Positions 1-11,910 are shown, numbered from the stretch's first letter. The stretch is DNA of 64,000 bases from Azolla caroliniana (GCA_043228905.1 JBHGNT010000013.1:10354001-10418000); one strand, 5' to 3'. The notes: generated by a model not told the origin, from the letters alone. Translations and numbers: made by a program.

Positions 1-2181
1 GAAGAGTAATCCATTGTGGTATTTGAATTGCCGATAGTCCGTACCTGGTGGTTGCTATAGTGAACACGACGCTCGAGAGGGATCAATTTGTGCTAGTATA
101 GCTTGGGTGAAATCATCTGTCTTCAAGTCCGCACTTATGATATTGATAACATGGGAATCCATGGGCATGCCAAAAACCTGTGTTGCTTGCAGTCGTGCCG
201 GTCCCAAGATTACTTTCTTTTGGTGGCTCGCCGGGACGCGGTGTTAGATACGGACACCGTGATAATGCATCTGCCTTCCCTTGGTGCTTCCCCAGACGAT
301 ATGTAATTTTGAAGTCGAAACGCGTGAGGAAGTGGGCCCACCGAGCTTGATGTCGATTTAACACACGAGCATCCTGAAAGTAGGCCCAAGGTTTTTATGG
401 TCACTGAATACGATGACTTGATGAGAGGATCCCTCTAAAAAATGCCTCCATTGCATAAACGAGTCCACTATTGCCAATAGCTCCTTATCATGAATTTCGT
501 AATTGATTTCGGCAGCGTCAAACTTGCGTGAGTGAAAAGCCACAGGATGTAGCTTCTCATCATGACCCCGTTGTGACAAAATGCTCCCCAATGCGAAATC
601 TGATGCGTCAGCTTCGATAATGAATGGTTGTTCTAGATCGACATGAGCTAGAATTGGAGTCGATGTAAATGCCTTATTAAGATTCTCGAAAGCCATATCT
701 GCTTCTTTAGACCAAACGAACGATTGTCCCTTCCTGCTAAGCTGTGGGAGAGGCAAAACGAGCTTTGAGTAATCTTGTATAAACTTCCGGTAAAAATTGG
801 CAAAGCCTAAAAAGCATTGCACATCCCGCACCGAGCGCGGAGCCTGCCATTCCACCACCGTCTTGACCTTAGCTGGGTCCATGGAGATGCCTTCTGATGA
901 AATGACATAGCCGAGAAATTCGACATGGTTGCACCCGAAACTACATTTTTCTAGCTTTGCGTAAATACCATGTTCTCGAAGTCGTTTTAGTAGTAACAGT
1001 ACATGAGAATCATGCTCTTCTTCGGTCTTTGAATAAACCAGTAGATCATCCAAGTAGATGATCAGACACACATCCAAGAGATCTCAGAATATATCATTTG
1101 CCATGTGTTGGAAGACTGTTGGCACATTAGTGAGGCCGAACGGCATGACCGTATACTCGAAGTGCCCATATCTAGTGTGGAACGCGGTCTTCCATTCATC
1201 TCTTGGTCGGATCCGTACGAGGTTATAGCCCCCCCGTAAGTTGATCTTTGTGAAGAACCTGGCACCATTGATCCGTTCTAAAAGACTTGAGATAAGGGGA
1301 AGTGCATACTTATTGCGGATTGTAACTTTATTCAAGCCACGGTAATATACCACCAGACGAAGTGAGCCATCCTTTTTCTTGACGAAGAAAATGGGTGCGC
1401 CGGCTAGAGATTTCGAATGTCGAATGAATCCATTCTCCAAATTCTCCTCTATATAGGCTCGAAGGACTTCTAGCTCGGTTGGTGACAAATTGTAGATCAG
1501 TCCCCATGGTGGCTCTTTCCCTAGTTGTAAATCGATGGGGCAATCATATGGTCGATGGTGAGGAAGCGTATTGGCTCGTACTTTATCGAATACATCGGCA
1601 TAATGATGATACTTCTTTGGAAGCTGAATGGTGGACTCCTTTTTAATGGTGTCGGAGGGTTTGAGTGATATTGCAAAGAGAAACATTTCTTCCTTGCGTC
1701 CTTCTTCCCGCAACTGATGTAGTGAAATGGTGGCAATTTTCTGAGTAGATCCTTGGGTTTGTCGACACCGGATTTCTCTTGTTCTCCAATCTATGTCTGG
1801 GTTATGTAACTCGAACCATGGTAATCCCAAAACAATGGGATGTTCTGGGATACTAATAATGTTAAATGATACTACACATGCTAAGTTATCTAGGACAATA
1901 TTAACGGGTTCTGACTCTTCTAAGATATTTCCGGAAGCAATGAGACGACCATCAATGACGACTACAGAGGCTGGACACAGGAGTTTTCTAAGAGATATCT
2001 AATGAGCTTGGGCAAAATTCCTATCCATAAAGCAAGAATTAGCTCCGGAGTCTAGAAGTGCTAAGACGTGTACTGGAGGGGTACTTTTACTACTAAGTGT
2101 TACTTGGGCTACGAACACATTGCTAACTTGCTTAGAGGGAATGGAACCACTAATGGGCTGCGCAGATCTAGGGTTGTCCAA
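1..2181 (-). pseudogene. pol: Element A pol (protease-RT-RNase H), broken by stops and frameshifts
   Basis: ORF pieces 1999-2181 (LLDSGANSCF), 1084-1830 ([24 protein letters not shown]), 358-1077 (YLDD, EADASDFALG) and 113-364. Confidence 0.92.
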
Positions 2182-2420
2182 CCAAACGGCTCCTATTTTG
2201 GCTAGACTTAGTCGTTTAACTCTTCTTCTAACTGACTAAGGACATCAAATTTGTTCACTAGATCTAGGCTATTAGTACTATTCGTACTATCAGATATCCC
2301 TACTGTAATAGGCTCGGGTTTAGTACAATTAGAACTAGCAAATATTTGGTTTACCTGTCTTCTTGGCCTATGGGGACAATTTATTGCAATGTGTCCTGGT
2401 CCACCGCAGTAGAGACATAG

Positions 2421-3305
2421 TCAATTTGTTCGGCGTCGCTGCTTTTCTTCTTCGGATAATGGTCCTCGACGATGTGTAGTGTCAATCTCCATCGGAGTCG
2501 GAGAATTCACTGGAGGCGCATTATAGTAATCCCTGGGTAAAGGTTTTGCTACCATTGAGGTGTAGGTGGGCTCTGATCTTGCCCTCGGCATCTGTAGTTG
2601 TCGTTCCGAATGTCGCTCAAAGAGTAAATCGCATCTCACCGCGCGATTGATTGCTTCTGTTAAGGACTTTGGCTCTTCAGGGAAAGTCAAGAGTAAATCC
2701 TTGACATCGTTGCGTAAACCATAACGAAATTGCTCCATCAACGCTTGATCATCCCAAGGGATGTTAGCGGCGAGTAGGTGGAAATCTGCAGCGTATGTGG
2801 AGGCTGGACGGTCTCCTTGGCGTAATCGCCGGATTTTGTTGATTGCGGTCCTTATGTTGTCAGTATCCCCAAAGCATGCTTTAAACTCACCTATAAACTC
2901 TTCAAAGTTGTTGAGTAATGGAGACTCCTTTTCCAACAGTGGAGCGAACCATGCCAACGCTGAGCCACTTAACAACGTCCCTACTAAACCCACTCGTGAT
3001 GCTTCGGTAGGATATCGGGAAGGATGCATTTGAATAACTAATTGTACCTGATTAAGGAACCCTCTAAACTGCGATCGTGTTCCATCGAACTTCGTGGGAA
3101 GGCCAATCTTGGGTTCCTTATGAATCCCTTGTGTTCCGGGGCCTGTTGTTGCATCGCTACGATGGTTGCTTCGAGTTGTTGCACGCGTAATGCAAGTTCC
3201 CCATGTTGTTGTTGCGTTTACTGCTTTTCTAAGGAGATTTGTTGAAGATCCCCCAACAACTGTGGATTTTCTTGTTCCAAAGCAAAGAACTTCTCTTTCA
3301 AGCAT
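2421..3305 (-). CDS. gag: Element A Gag capsid protein (PEG10/Ty3-like); premature stop just before the zinc knuckle
   Basis: 294-aa ORF with LRQG...YAADF major homology region and PMEID motif; CLYCGGPGHIAINCP follows the TGA at 2421. Confidence 0.88.
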   Translation of the reverse strand: MLEREVLCFGTRKSTVVGGSSTNLLRKAVNATTTWGTCITRATTRSNHRSDATTGPGTQGIHKEPKIGLPTKFDGTRSQFRGFLNQVQLVIQMHPSRYPTEASRVGLVGTLLSGSALAWFAPLLEKESPLLNNFEEFIGEFKACFGDTDNIRTAINKIRRLRQGDRPASTYAADFHLLAANIPWDDQALMEQFRYGLRNDVKDLLLTFPEEPKSLTEAINRAVRCDLLFERHSERQLQMPRARSEPTYTSMVAKPLPRDYYNAPPVNSPTPMEIDTTHRRGPLSEEEKQRRRTN

Positions 3306-3343
3306 TGAAACTCTGAGAAAATAGATTGATATTCCCGAGCGCT

Positions 3344-3354
3344 AACTGGTTCAA
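3344..3354 (-). promoter_or_regulatory. Non-tRNA (self-priming type) primer-binding site of element A
   Basis: Minus strand TTGAACCAGTT lies 2 nt after the LTR end, lacks the TGG of a tRNA PBS, and is complementary to AATTGGTTCAA (3608-3598) 34 nt downstream of the LTR TATA box. Confidence 0.7.
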
Positions 3355-3356
3355 AC

Positions 3357-3825
3357 TATCAGGAATAGTTCTAAACAGAGAGAGGATTAGTACTAAACAG
3401 AGAGAGAATTAGTACTAGAGAAGGGAAGTACTATTAGTACTAAGAGGATGGGACTGCATAAGACTCCCGAAAGAGGAAGAGAGAAGAGGAGAGAGAGAGA
3501 GAGATAGCGAGGACGAGAGAGAGAAAGAGATGATGATAATAGATTATATATTATAAGAAGAGTAAGTACAAAAGGACTATGAGGCTAAAGACTGGCGTTG
3601 AACCAATTTGGTTCAACATAATGCCTAGTGCCCTCTTTTATAGTGTTCTCAGGAGTAATCCTGAAGCTTCTAGAATGTTCCAGAGAAATCTGGAATATAC
3701 ATTATTTCCTATAATAAAATGTAAATGAAAATAATATCCTACGTATTACAATAGATGATATAATGGTCAAGAGCTCGACCTATATAACCTAAGGTCATGG
3801 GTTTGAGTCTTGTCATATCATGACA
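3357..3825 (-). repeat. 5' LTR of element A (469 bp)
   Basis: Minus-strand termini TGTCATGA...TCCTGATA (decayed CA), TATAAAAG at 3642-3635, CT-rich R/U5 region. Confidence 0.8.
3663..3680. promoter_or_regulatory. Heat-shock element in element A LTR U3
   Basis: GAAgcTTCtaGAAtgTTC gives four perfect alternating nGAAn units about 20 bp upstream of the TATA box. Confidence 0.7.
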
Positions 3826-4856
3826 GGTGTGATTCCGGGGGTTCATAAATCAGATCAAGATTATTATCCGGCTACAACCCCAAAGATATGCGAATGATTT
3901 TTGCCGAGTTGGCCTCGTTGGGACTCTCCTCTCGGGAGCTACAGAAAGCTAGTTCGCACCTTTTGGTCAAAACATCATCGCCACTTCTTGACAATTTTTC
4001 TGCTTTCCTAGAAGAGTTCAAGGCGACATTTGGGGATACGGATCGACGTCGAACAAGCCTTACCAAACTCTATTCATTACATCAAGGTAAGTGTCCAGTG
4101 TCTGTTTATGCATTCGAATTAAGACAATTGGCATGTGATGTTTTTAGTGGGACGACCAAGCCCTTTGCGACCATTTTCTTCGGGGCCTTCGAGGTGATGT
4201 TAAGAATCTACTACTAAACTTCCCAGGGCTGGCTTCATTATCGCGAACAGTCAATTGTGATAGCCGCCTTTTCAAACTTCGACAAGAGGAATGGGCGACT
4301 TCCAAGTTGCCGCCCTTTCTCCACGTTAAACCTATGGTACAACCCTCAAGTGACTGCGAGATCTTCTCCAATGACAACGTTCAATGATCCTATGTCGATG
4401 GAAATTGATCGAGCTTGAGCCCCACTCACCACAACTGAATGACACCATCGACGAACCAATGGGTTACGTCTATACTGCGGCGCCTCTACCCATCTAATTC
4501 GTTTTTGCCCACTCAAAAGCAATCTGCGACAACTTTATCAGGACAATCCAACTAGTGGGTCCCAACATTCGGAAAACGACGATGTCCAACTACAGTAGGA
4601 GCCATGCGGTTGGACAACAGACATACATGTTGCTCCCAAAGTTCTACCAACAACTTTTCCTTCGAGGTAACTCTCTGTTTCCAATCTATTTCAATTCAAT
4701 CCTTAGCGTTACTCGATTCCGGGACCACAACGTGTTTTATGGAAGAAATGTTTGTTCGTAAACACAACTTTCTTGTTGTCCAGTTGTCCAAGCCTATCCC
4801 AGTTGAAGCTATCGATGGGCAAATGCTCTACTCTGACGGAATCACCAAAGCCACGG
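3826..4856 (+). pseudogene. gag: Element B gag and protease N-terminus
   Basis: RVGLVGTLLSG and SPLLDNFSAFLEEFKATFGD are homologous to element A gag; LYCGASTHLIRFCP knuckle; ALLDSGTT protease motif. Confidence 0.85.
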
Positions 4857-7291
4857 TATCGTGATGTGGCGTGCTCGAGACTGGGAAAAACCGGCGAAAG
4901 GGGGGGTCAAAATGTGCATGTGCAATGTGTGTGCACACAAAGGCAATTAATTGTGCACATGCAAAAGAAATGGGAAAAGAAAGGGTGGAAAGGATGTATA
5001 GAAGCTCGTGTAAAAAGTAAGAGAGAGGAGAGATAAAAAAGTAGAGGGGAGTCAAGCTATGAATTTATAGAGATAGAATTATATATTATATAAGAGCGAG
5101 TTAATGGGCTAGTGGATAGTCACATTGACTTTTGGCTACAGGTGCATGGTTCAAATCTAGTCTTACAATGCAGTGTGGTTTAAGGAATTTTATTCCTTTT
5201 TGCATTGAAGACAAAATTGGCGACCCCCCTTCCTTTTTTCCTATAAAAGGAGGTCAAGGGGGCCTCATTTGGGAGGACGTTTTGGGAGGAGACTATCACC
5301 ATTTTTCCTTCGGAGCTCTTCATCTTCTTCTTCACCACTTCCCTTCATCTCATACCCCTTCATCTCCTCATCGCCACATGCTCGTCTTCTTTGCGTTGGC
5401 ACTCGAAGTGCTTGTGAGCCCAAGCTTCGTTGGTTCGACATTGCGAGCCCCGTTCGTCGTTGCAAGCCCGTGTGCTCGCCGTTCGGGTGGTCGTGGTTCG
5501 TTGGGGTTGGCATTTTGGTGGTGCTCGTGTGTTCGCCTTCGCCATATTCAGATTTGCTCTTGTCTCTAAGGGCATTTAGTATTTATGTTTTGATTGAGCT
5601 TGTGGTTAACAAGAAGTTGCCATTGTAATCAAACCCTATTTTATAAAGGGTCCTCTTGCGTTGGAATCGAACACGTATTTATTTCTTTGGCCAATATCAT
5701 TCGTGTTTCTTTCTTTCTTTCATTCTTTCATTCATTCATTCATTCATTCTTCTTGTCCACTTGTACATTCGGCCATCTTGTGACGAGGGAGCGTTTCGGG
5801 GGTGCCCATGCACCTCTCCTCCTCATTAAGGCGCACGAGCATTTTGTGCGTGTGTTTGTGTCTTCCTTGTACGTTCAGTCGTCTTGTGACGAGGAAGCGT
5901 TTCAGGCGTGCCCATGCACCTCTCCTCCTCATAAAGGTGTACGAGCATTTGTGTGTGTGTTTGTGTCTTCCTTGTACGTTCGATCGTCTTGTGACGAGGG
6001 AGCGTTTCGGGCATGCCCATTCACCTCTCCTCCTCACAAAGGTGTATGAGCATTTTGTGCGTGTGTTTGTGTCTTCCTTGTACGTTCGACCATCTTCTGA
6101 CAAGGGAGCGTTTCGGGCGTGTCCATGCACCTCTCCTCCTCATAAAGGCGTACAAGCATTTGTGCGTGTGTTTGTGTCTTCCTTGTACGTTCGGTCGTCT
6201 TGTAACAAGGGAGCATTTCAGGCGTGCCCATGCACCTCTCCTCCTCATAAAGGCGTACGAGCATTTTGTGCGTGTGTTTGTGACTTCCTTGTACATTTGG
6301 CCGTCTTGTGATGACGGAGCATTTCAGGCGTGCCCATGCACCTCTCCTCCTCATAAAGGCGTACGAGCATTTGTGCGTGTGTTTGTGTCTTTCTTGTACG
6401 TTCGGTCGTCTTGTGACGAGGGAGCGTTCGAGTGTGCCCATGCACCCCCCTCCTCCTCATAAAGGCGTACGAGCATTTTGTGCGTGTGTTTGTGTCTTCC
6501 TTGTATGTTCGGTCGTCTTGTGACGAGGGAGCATTTCGGGCGTGCCCATGCACCTCTCCTCCTCATAAAGAGGTATGAGCATTTGTGCGTGTGTTTGTGT
6601 CTTCCTTGTGCGTTCGGTCGTCTTGTGATGAGGGAGCGTTCTGGCTGGCCCATGCACTTCTCCTCCTCATAAAGGCGTACGAGCATTTTGTGTGTGTGTG
6701 TTTGTGTCTTCCTTGTACATTCGACCGTCTTGTGACAAGGGAGCGTTTCGGGCGTGCCCATGCACTTCTCCTCCTCATAAAGGCGTACGAGCTTTTGTGC
6801 GTGTGTTTGTGACTTCCTCGTACATTCGACGTCTTGTGACGAGGGAGCGTTCGGGCTTGCCCATGTACCTCTCCTCCTCATAAAGGCGTACGAGCATTTG
6901 TGCGTGTGTTTGTGTCTTCCTCGTACGTTGGACGTCTTGTGACGAGGGAGCGTTCGAGCATGTCCATGCACCTCTCCTCCTCATAAAGACGTACGGGCAT
7001 TCGTGTTTGTGTTATCGTCCCCTTGTGGGTTCATCTTGCGTGTTCATCTTTGCTTGTACCCATTTGATCACTTGGCTCGTGCGGTGATCTCGAAAAGTCA
7101 ATGAGTCGTGATCAACGAAAGCCACCGGCCTCACAAAAGAAAAAAGGGCAACGAACCCTTGCTTAGGAAGGGGTCAGGAAGTAGTATTGTCGTAAAGCAA
7201 ACCTCAGGTCTTCTCTATCCCTTGAGTACTCCCTAGTCCAAGACCCCCGGGGTCCCGCCCAAGTAACACACACGAGAAAAACTTCGCGACA
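4857..7291 (+). mobile_element. Element D: 2435-bp solo LTR (probably Ylt1-like gypsy family) with 4-bp TSD
   Basis: Termini TATCGTGA (decayed TGTCGCGA)...TCGCGACA; TSD ACGG (4853-4856) and ACAG (7292-7295); removal restores host ITKATVPLILQLG; TATA-like CCTATAAAAGG near 5240. Confidence 0.8.
5761..7001. repeat. Tandem array of about 12 copies of a 105/106-bp unit inside solo LTR D
   Basis: A CCTCTCCTCCTCATAAAGGCGTACGAGCATTT-like motif recurs near 5813, 5919, 6024, 6130, 6235, 6341 ... 6971. Confidence 0.95.
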
Positions 7292-7295
7292 ACAG

Positions 7296-9777
7296 TCCCT
7301 CTCATTTTGCAGCTCGGGACCCATCATGAGGCCTTATCATTTTACCTCACCACTTCACCGCGGCATCCAATCATACTTGGGTTGTCTTGGTTGAAAGCGA
7401 ATAACCATGTTATAGATTGGCACAACCACTCACTTACTTTTCAACCACAAAGTTCAAACTCACATGGAGGTTGGAGCGGCTTCCAATGTTGTTGTGTCAA
7501 AATGGCCCGAATCATTTTCTGTCGAGCACTCCTCCATTCAACTCGAACCAATGCACTCAGATGCTCATGCCCCAGTCACAATGCACTCCATCTCAATGGG
7601 CAATGACTCCGAGTCAAGTACACCAGGTTTGGTTCCTATGAAAGCCAATCTGGACTCGTTGCCATCCAAAAATGGTGACTTTGCTAATGTGTTCGAGAAG
7701 AAGAATGCAGATCACTTATCGGAGCATCGACCATATGATTGTCTGTTTGATCTATAGGAGGGCACATCTCCACCCTTTGGGCCCATCTATGGTCTCTCTG
7801 AACCAGAACTAGAGGCTCTTCACACATATCTCGATGAAAATTTGGAGTAGAGCTTCATCCAACTGTCTAAGTCACTAGCTAGGGCCCCCATCTTGTTTGT
7901 GAAGAAAAAGGATGGATCGTTGTGTCTATGTGTGGATTACCATGGCCTCAATAAAATCACGGTATGTAATCGATACCCTTTGCCTCTCATCCCAGAGTTC
8001 CTCGATCGCCTTCATTGTGCACAGGTCTTCTCCAAGATTGACTTGTGGGGAGCATACAACTTGGTTCAGATTAAACTTGGTGATGAATGGAAGACGGCAT
8101 TTCGTACACGATACAGACACTTCAAGTACAAGGTAATGCCTTTTGGACTCGCCAATGCTCCAACTATTTTTCAACATATGATGAACAACATATTTTGAGA
8201 ATATCTCGATCACTTTGTCGTTATCAACCTTGATGACATTCTTGTCTTCTCGTCGAGCATTGTGACAGGAACTACACACTCCCGATGAACAACGCTCGGC
8301 CACAACCGAGCCTAGAATAAAACACAGGAAAAACAGGGAATGAAACACAACACGATAGAGAGAAGAGTACACAGGATGTTTATGTGGAAAACCCAAACTT
8401 GGGAAAAACCACAGCAGCCCACAGACCGCAAACTATCACTATGTCAGAATGTACAATAAGAAAGCACTGAGGCCACGACCTCGAGCTTGCTATCTTCGCC
8501 ACAGGCGGCAGTTACAATTAGAGGCAACGACCTCTTCCTCTCTCTCACTCTCTCTGTACACACTTGCACACACTAATCTTGCGCCAACAAGAATGACAAC
8601 AACTACGCTCTAAGTTTGCCCTAAGTCATATTTATACTAATATGACTTTTCGGCTATTTACAAATATAGCCCCGATGGACTCTCAGAAAACATATTTACG
8701 AATATGTCCCTTCATCCGGTGAGCACTTCTCACCGGGCCTTCATCATCCGGCTCTTGCCGAGTACTCCTCATCCGGTTCGCACCGGATCTTCCGTAGCCG
8801 GGTACTCCTCATCCGACGCTTGCCGGGTACACCACATCCAATTTTCACCGGGTCCTCCGTAGTCGGGTCCTCCTCATCCGGTTCGCACTGGATCTTCCGT
8901 AGCCGGGTAGTCTTCATCCAGTTTCGGCCTCCGCCTATCGGCCTCAACCGAGATTCTCATCAGCACTGTTCTTCTCACTTCCCATCCGGAGGGACCTGTT
9001 TCCTAACAAACTCCCTCTTCACTCCGGCATGGGGTGTCTTACTAGTCCGATCCGCTTCCGGCATGCATCCAGCTTGTCGGGAATCAGTACTTTGGTCAGC
9101 ATATTTGACCCGTTCTCGGCCGTGTGGATCTTCGTCAACGCGAACTCCTAGTCATCTACTCTTTCTCGGATCCAGTGATACCTTCGCTGGATATGCTTCG
9201 TCCGGGAATGGTAGGCCGCATTCTTAGCAAGGTGGATGGCACTTTGACTATCGCAATAGAGCCGATATTCATCTTGTCGGATACCGAGCTCTCCGATGAA
9301 GTCCTTCTTCCATAATATTTCCTTGCCGGCTTCCACAACCGCCATGTACTCCGCCTTCGTGGTTGACAACGCAACCGTCTTCTGCAGCCTCGACTGCCAC
9401 GATTGATTCTCATCAACATTGTTCTTCTCACTTCCCATCCGGAGGGACCTGTTTCCTAACACATTGAAGAGCATACTCACCACGTTCGATTGTTTCTCTC
9501 GAAACTCGGGAGCATGGCCTCTAGGCCAAGAGAGAAAAATGTGAGTTTTATTGCAATTCCATTGAATTTCTTGGTTATGTAATCTCCCCCCAGGGCATCA
9601 CCATGGATCCAAGGAAAATCAAGACAATTCAAGAATGGGCCACTCCAAAATGAGTAAAGGATGTCCAATCATTCCTTGGTTTCACAAATTTCTATAGGCA
9701 ATTTATCAAGGGGTTCTCCGTCATAGTCCAACCCTTGATTGAGCTTACTCGTAAAGGGATGTCGTTTCAATGGACTC
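7296..9777 (+). pseudogene. pol: Element B protease C-terminus and reverse transcriptase, interrupted by F
   Basis: [29 protein letters not shown] and NLDDILVFS, rejoining as FSSSIEEH across F. Confidence 0.88.
8263..9461 (-). mobile_element. Element F: Ty1/copia with a large internal deletion (3' LTR 8263-9008, RNase H tail, 57-bp stub of the 5' LTR 9405-9461)
   Basis: TSD CATTG on both sides; LTR homologous to element I LTRs; PPT adjacent at 9009-9022; WQSRLQKTVALSTT...KHIQRRYHWIRE RNase H sequence. Confidence 0.9.
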
Positions 9778-9782
9778 GCCTT

Positions 9783-10255
9783 TGTTGTCCATAGGCCAAA
9801 AATATATATTAGTAAATGTAATACATCGGTAGGAAAGGTAGAGTTAGGTAAACGCCGAGTTTCGAGCCTCACAGTCAGCTGACCGCTCGACTCTGTATGA
9901 AGAAAAAGTATATAAACCGAGGTCTGCGTACCTCGGAGGGAGAGAGATATCTAGAGCCTAGGCGACGCCGTTTCATAGTTATAAGAGCTTTGTAAGGTCA
10001 TCGGCTGTGGGCCATGTTTTTATAATCATCGATAACTGTTTGCAATAATACATATCTATTAGCTCTTGTTGTTTTCATCTGTGTGCCGTCGTTTCTAAGG
10101 TCTCAACTACGTATACGACCCGGGCTCTATTCCCGGGTATGCTCTTCGTTTTCTTCCCCTAACGACGCCTCCATGCACAAGTCTTCACGTTACACTTCCC
10201 TTGATACCAATAGCTTGTAGGCATATCAAAGGTGTTTCCAACAAAATGGTTAACA
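9783..10255 (+). repeat. 5' LTR of element C
   Basis: TGTTG...TAACA termini; direct repeat of 28440-28748 plus 41507-41670. Confidence 0.93.
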
Positions 10256-10260
10256 CAATT

Positions 10261-10273
10261 TGGCACGCCCGGT
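10261..10273 (+). promoter_or_regulatory. PBS of element C (tRNA-Arg type)
   Basis: TGGCACGCCCGGT 5 nt after the LTR, complementary to the plant tRNA-Arg(UCU) 3' end as recalled. Confidence 0.75.
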
Positions 10274-10401
10274 TACAGCTGTGAGATCACAACAAACTAA
10301 ATTAAAGACAACCTTCAGCCGCCATTACAGCGCCCAATCGCACCAAGCGGTCTCGGCCATCTGGCCGACGCCCTGAGCTAGTCGAAGGAACTTCCGACTC
10401 A

Positions 10402-11396
10402 GTGGTCACGGACCAGTCTTTCCAAGAAATATCGGAGGCTCACCAGTTGCAATCCTTGCTACCTGCTACTCGGTCGCGAGTTGAGTCCACACCAACCTCT
10501 CCACCAAGCCCTCCAGAGGTCACCCACCCTAAACCTAACCCTTTTCCGGTTTTACCGGAAGACCCCAAATTCGATATCATGTCGTATCCTTACCCACGAT
10601 ACACCGACAGCCCCGACGTGGAGTCGCACATCCGTGCCTTCGTGTCCACCTGGCAGGTCAACCACTCAACACAACAACTCTCGCCTGCCGAAATCGAGGC
10701 CTCAAAAATTGCCAAGTTTACGTTATCCCTCGATGGACCAGCTGCGCGATGGTATTCTCGCCTCGACGCAGGGGAGTTTGTAACCTTCCACAATATTCGC
10801 ACGCAGTTCCTAGAACTGTTCCATCGTGAGGTGCCCAAACGAGAATTGCTCCGACAGTTCTTTTCCATGCGACAAGAACCGCACGAGACGGTCGCACAGT
10901 TCACGATCCGGTTCTGGGATCTCTACAGACAAGTGGCTGACGATGTCTCTGCACAACACATTCCAGACACATTCCTCTCCAGCTTACGGGAGCCTCTACG
11001 GACAACCAAACGATCGAGCAAGTCATAGCGCGCGTCCTCGCCCTCGATCGAAATGAGCAAAACACGGCTTTCTCTATGAGTTCACTTCTTCCCCAGGAGC
11101 ACAATCGCTTCTGCCAAGCCCTCCAATGCATAGTTTGCTCGGGATCGGGCCATCTGGCCCTCGAATGTCCTCACCGGCCACAGTGTCTGATCTGCCAGTC
11201 CCGATCTCACACTGTCGAGCAATGTGAATACAATATGCTCAACCGCACAACGACGTCCCCGGTTCGCAAAATCGAGCCTAGGGATACATACTCTCGTCAA
11301 GACGAGCGACAATCCTACCGGAACCAGGATAACCAACGACCCCGATCGCCGGATAGACGACGCCGTGACGACGATTACCGTTGGGACGACGACCGT
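10402..11396 (+). pseudogene. gag: Element C gag, 5' part, with two tandem CCHC knuckles
   Basis: LSLDGPAARWY, QEPHETVAQF and CIVCSGSGHLALEC-PHRPQ-CLICQSRSHTVEQC; interrupted by G at 11397. Confidence 0.85.
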
Positions 11397-11910
11397 TGTT
11401 GCCGGCTGGCAAGAAGGCTTGAGGTCCAAATCAGAGTGTGCAAAGGAATAGTTTATTCGAGAACTGTTGTAATTAGTAATCTTAATATAGATATTAATAT
11501 ATGAGAAGATGTGCACGGACGGATCGGAATCGGTATGCCGATCCAGATCCGGAACAATCCCGTAAAGGTGCCGGTTGGCACCGTTTTGTATTTCGCACCG
11601 GAGACCTATATAAAGGCCCGGTTATAATGTAATCAGGAGCGGATAATTAATAGAGCTTATTGTCTTAATCTTCCAGTTTTGATTACCGTTCTGTATTCAT
11701 TGTTATATCTTACGCGTGTTAATTACGAATTGCTAAGTAACCAATTAAGGTCTAATTAAGCGTTGTGTCGTAAGTCATTCTGCCGTACCACCCTTTGGTG
11801 AAGTGTCGTAAGTGGACACCCTGTGTTAGGCTATTGTCCGGCCCTAGGAATAACACAGTTTTTGGCAACCACGATTCCTGCACAATCGCAGTGAACAACG
11901 GCAGGAATGG

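Larger units (their letters stand above)
1..3825 (-). mobile_element. Element A: Ty3/gypsy chromovirus-type (Tcn1/Tf1-like) LTR retrotransposon, degenerate; 3' part runs off the window start
   Basis: Minus-strand gag (PKIGLPTKFDG...PTPMEID, CCHC knuckle), protease (ALLDSGA), RT (YLDD) and RNase H (EADASD) in gypsy order, with 5' LTR at 3357-3825. It interrupts the gag of related element B at 3826. Confidence 0.93.

Noticed and set aside
5761-7001. CRISPR-like array, or the many overlapping ORFs in this region
   Set aside because: The units are contiguous with no unique spacers and there are no cas genes; the ORFs are by-products of the tandem repeat.
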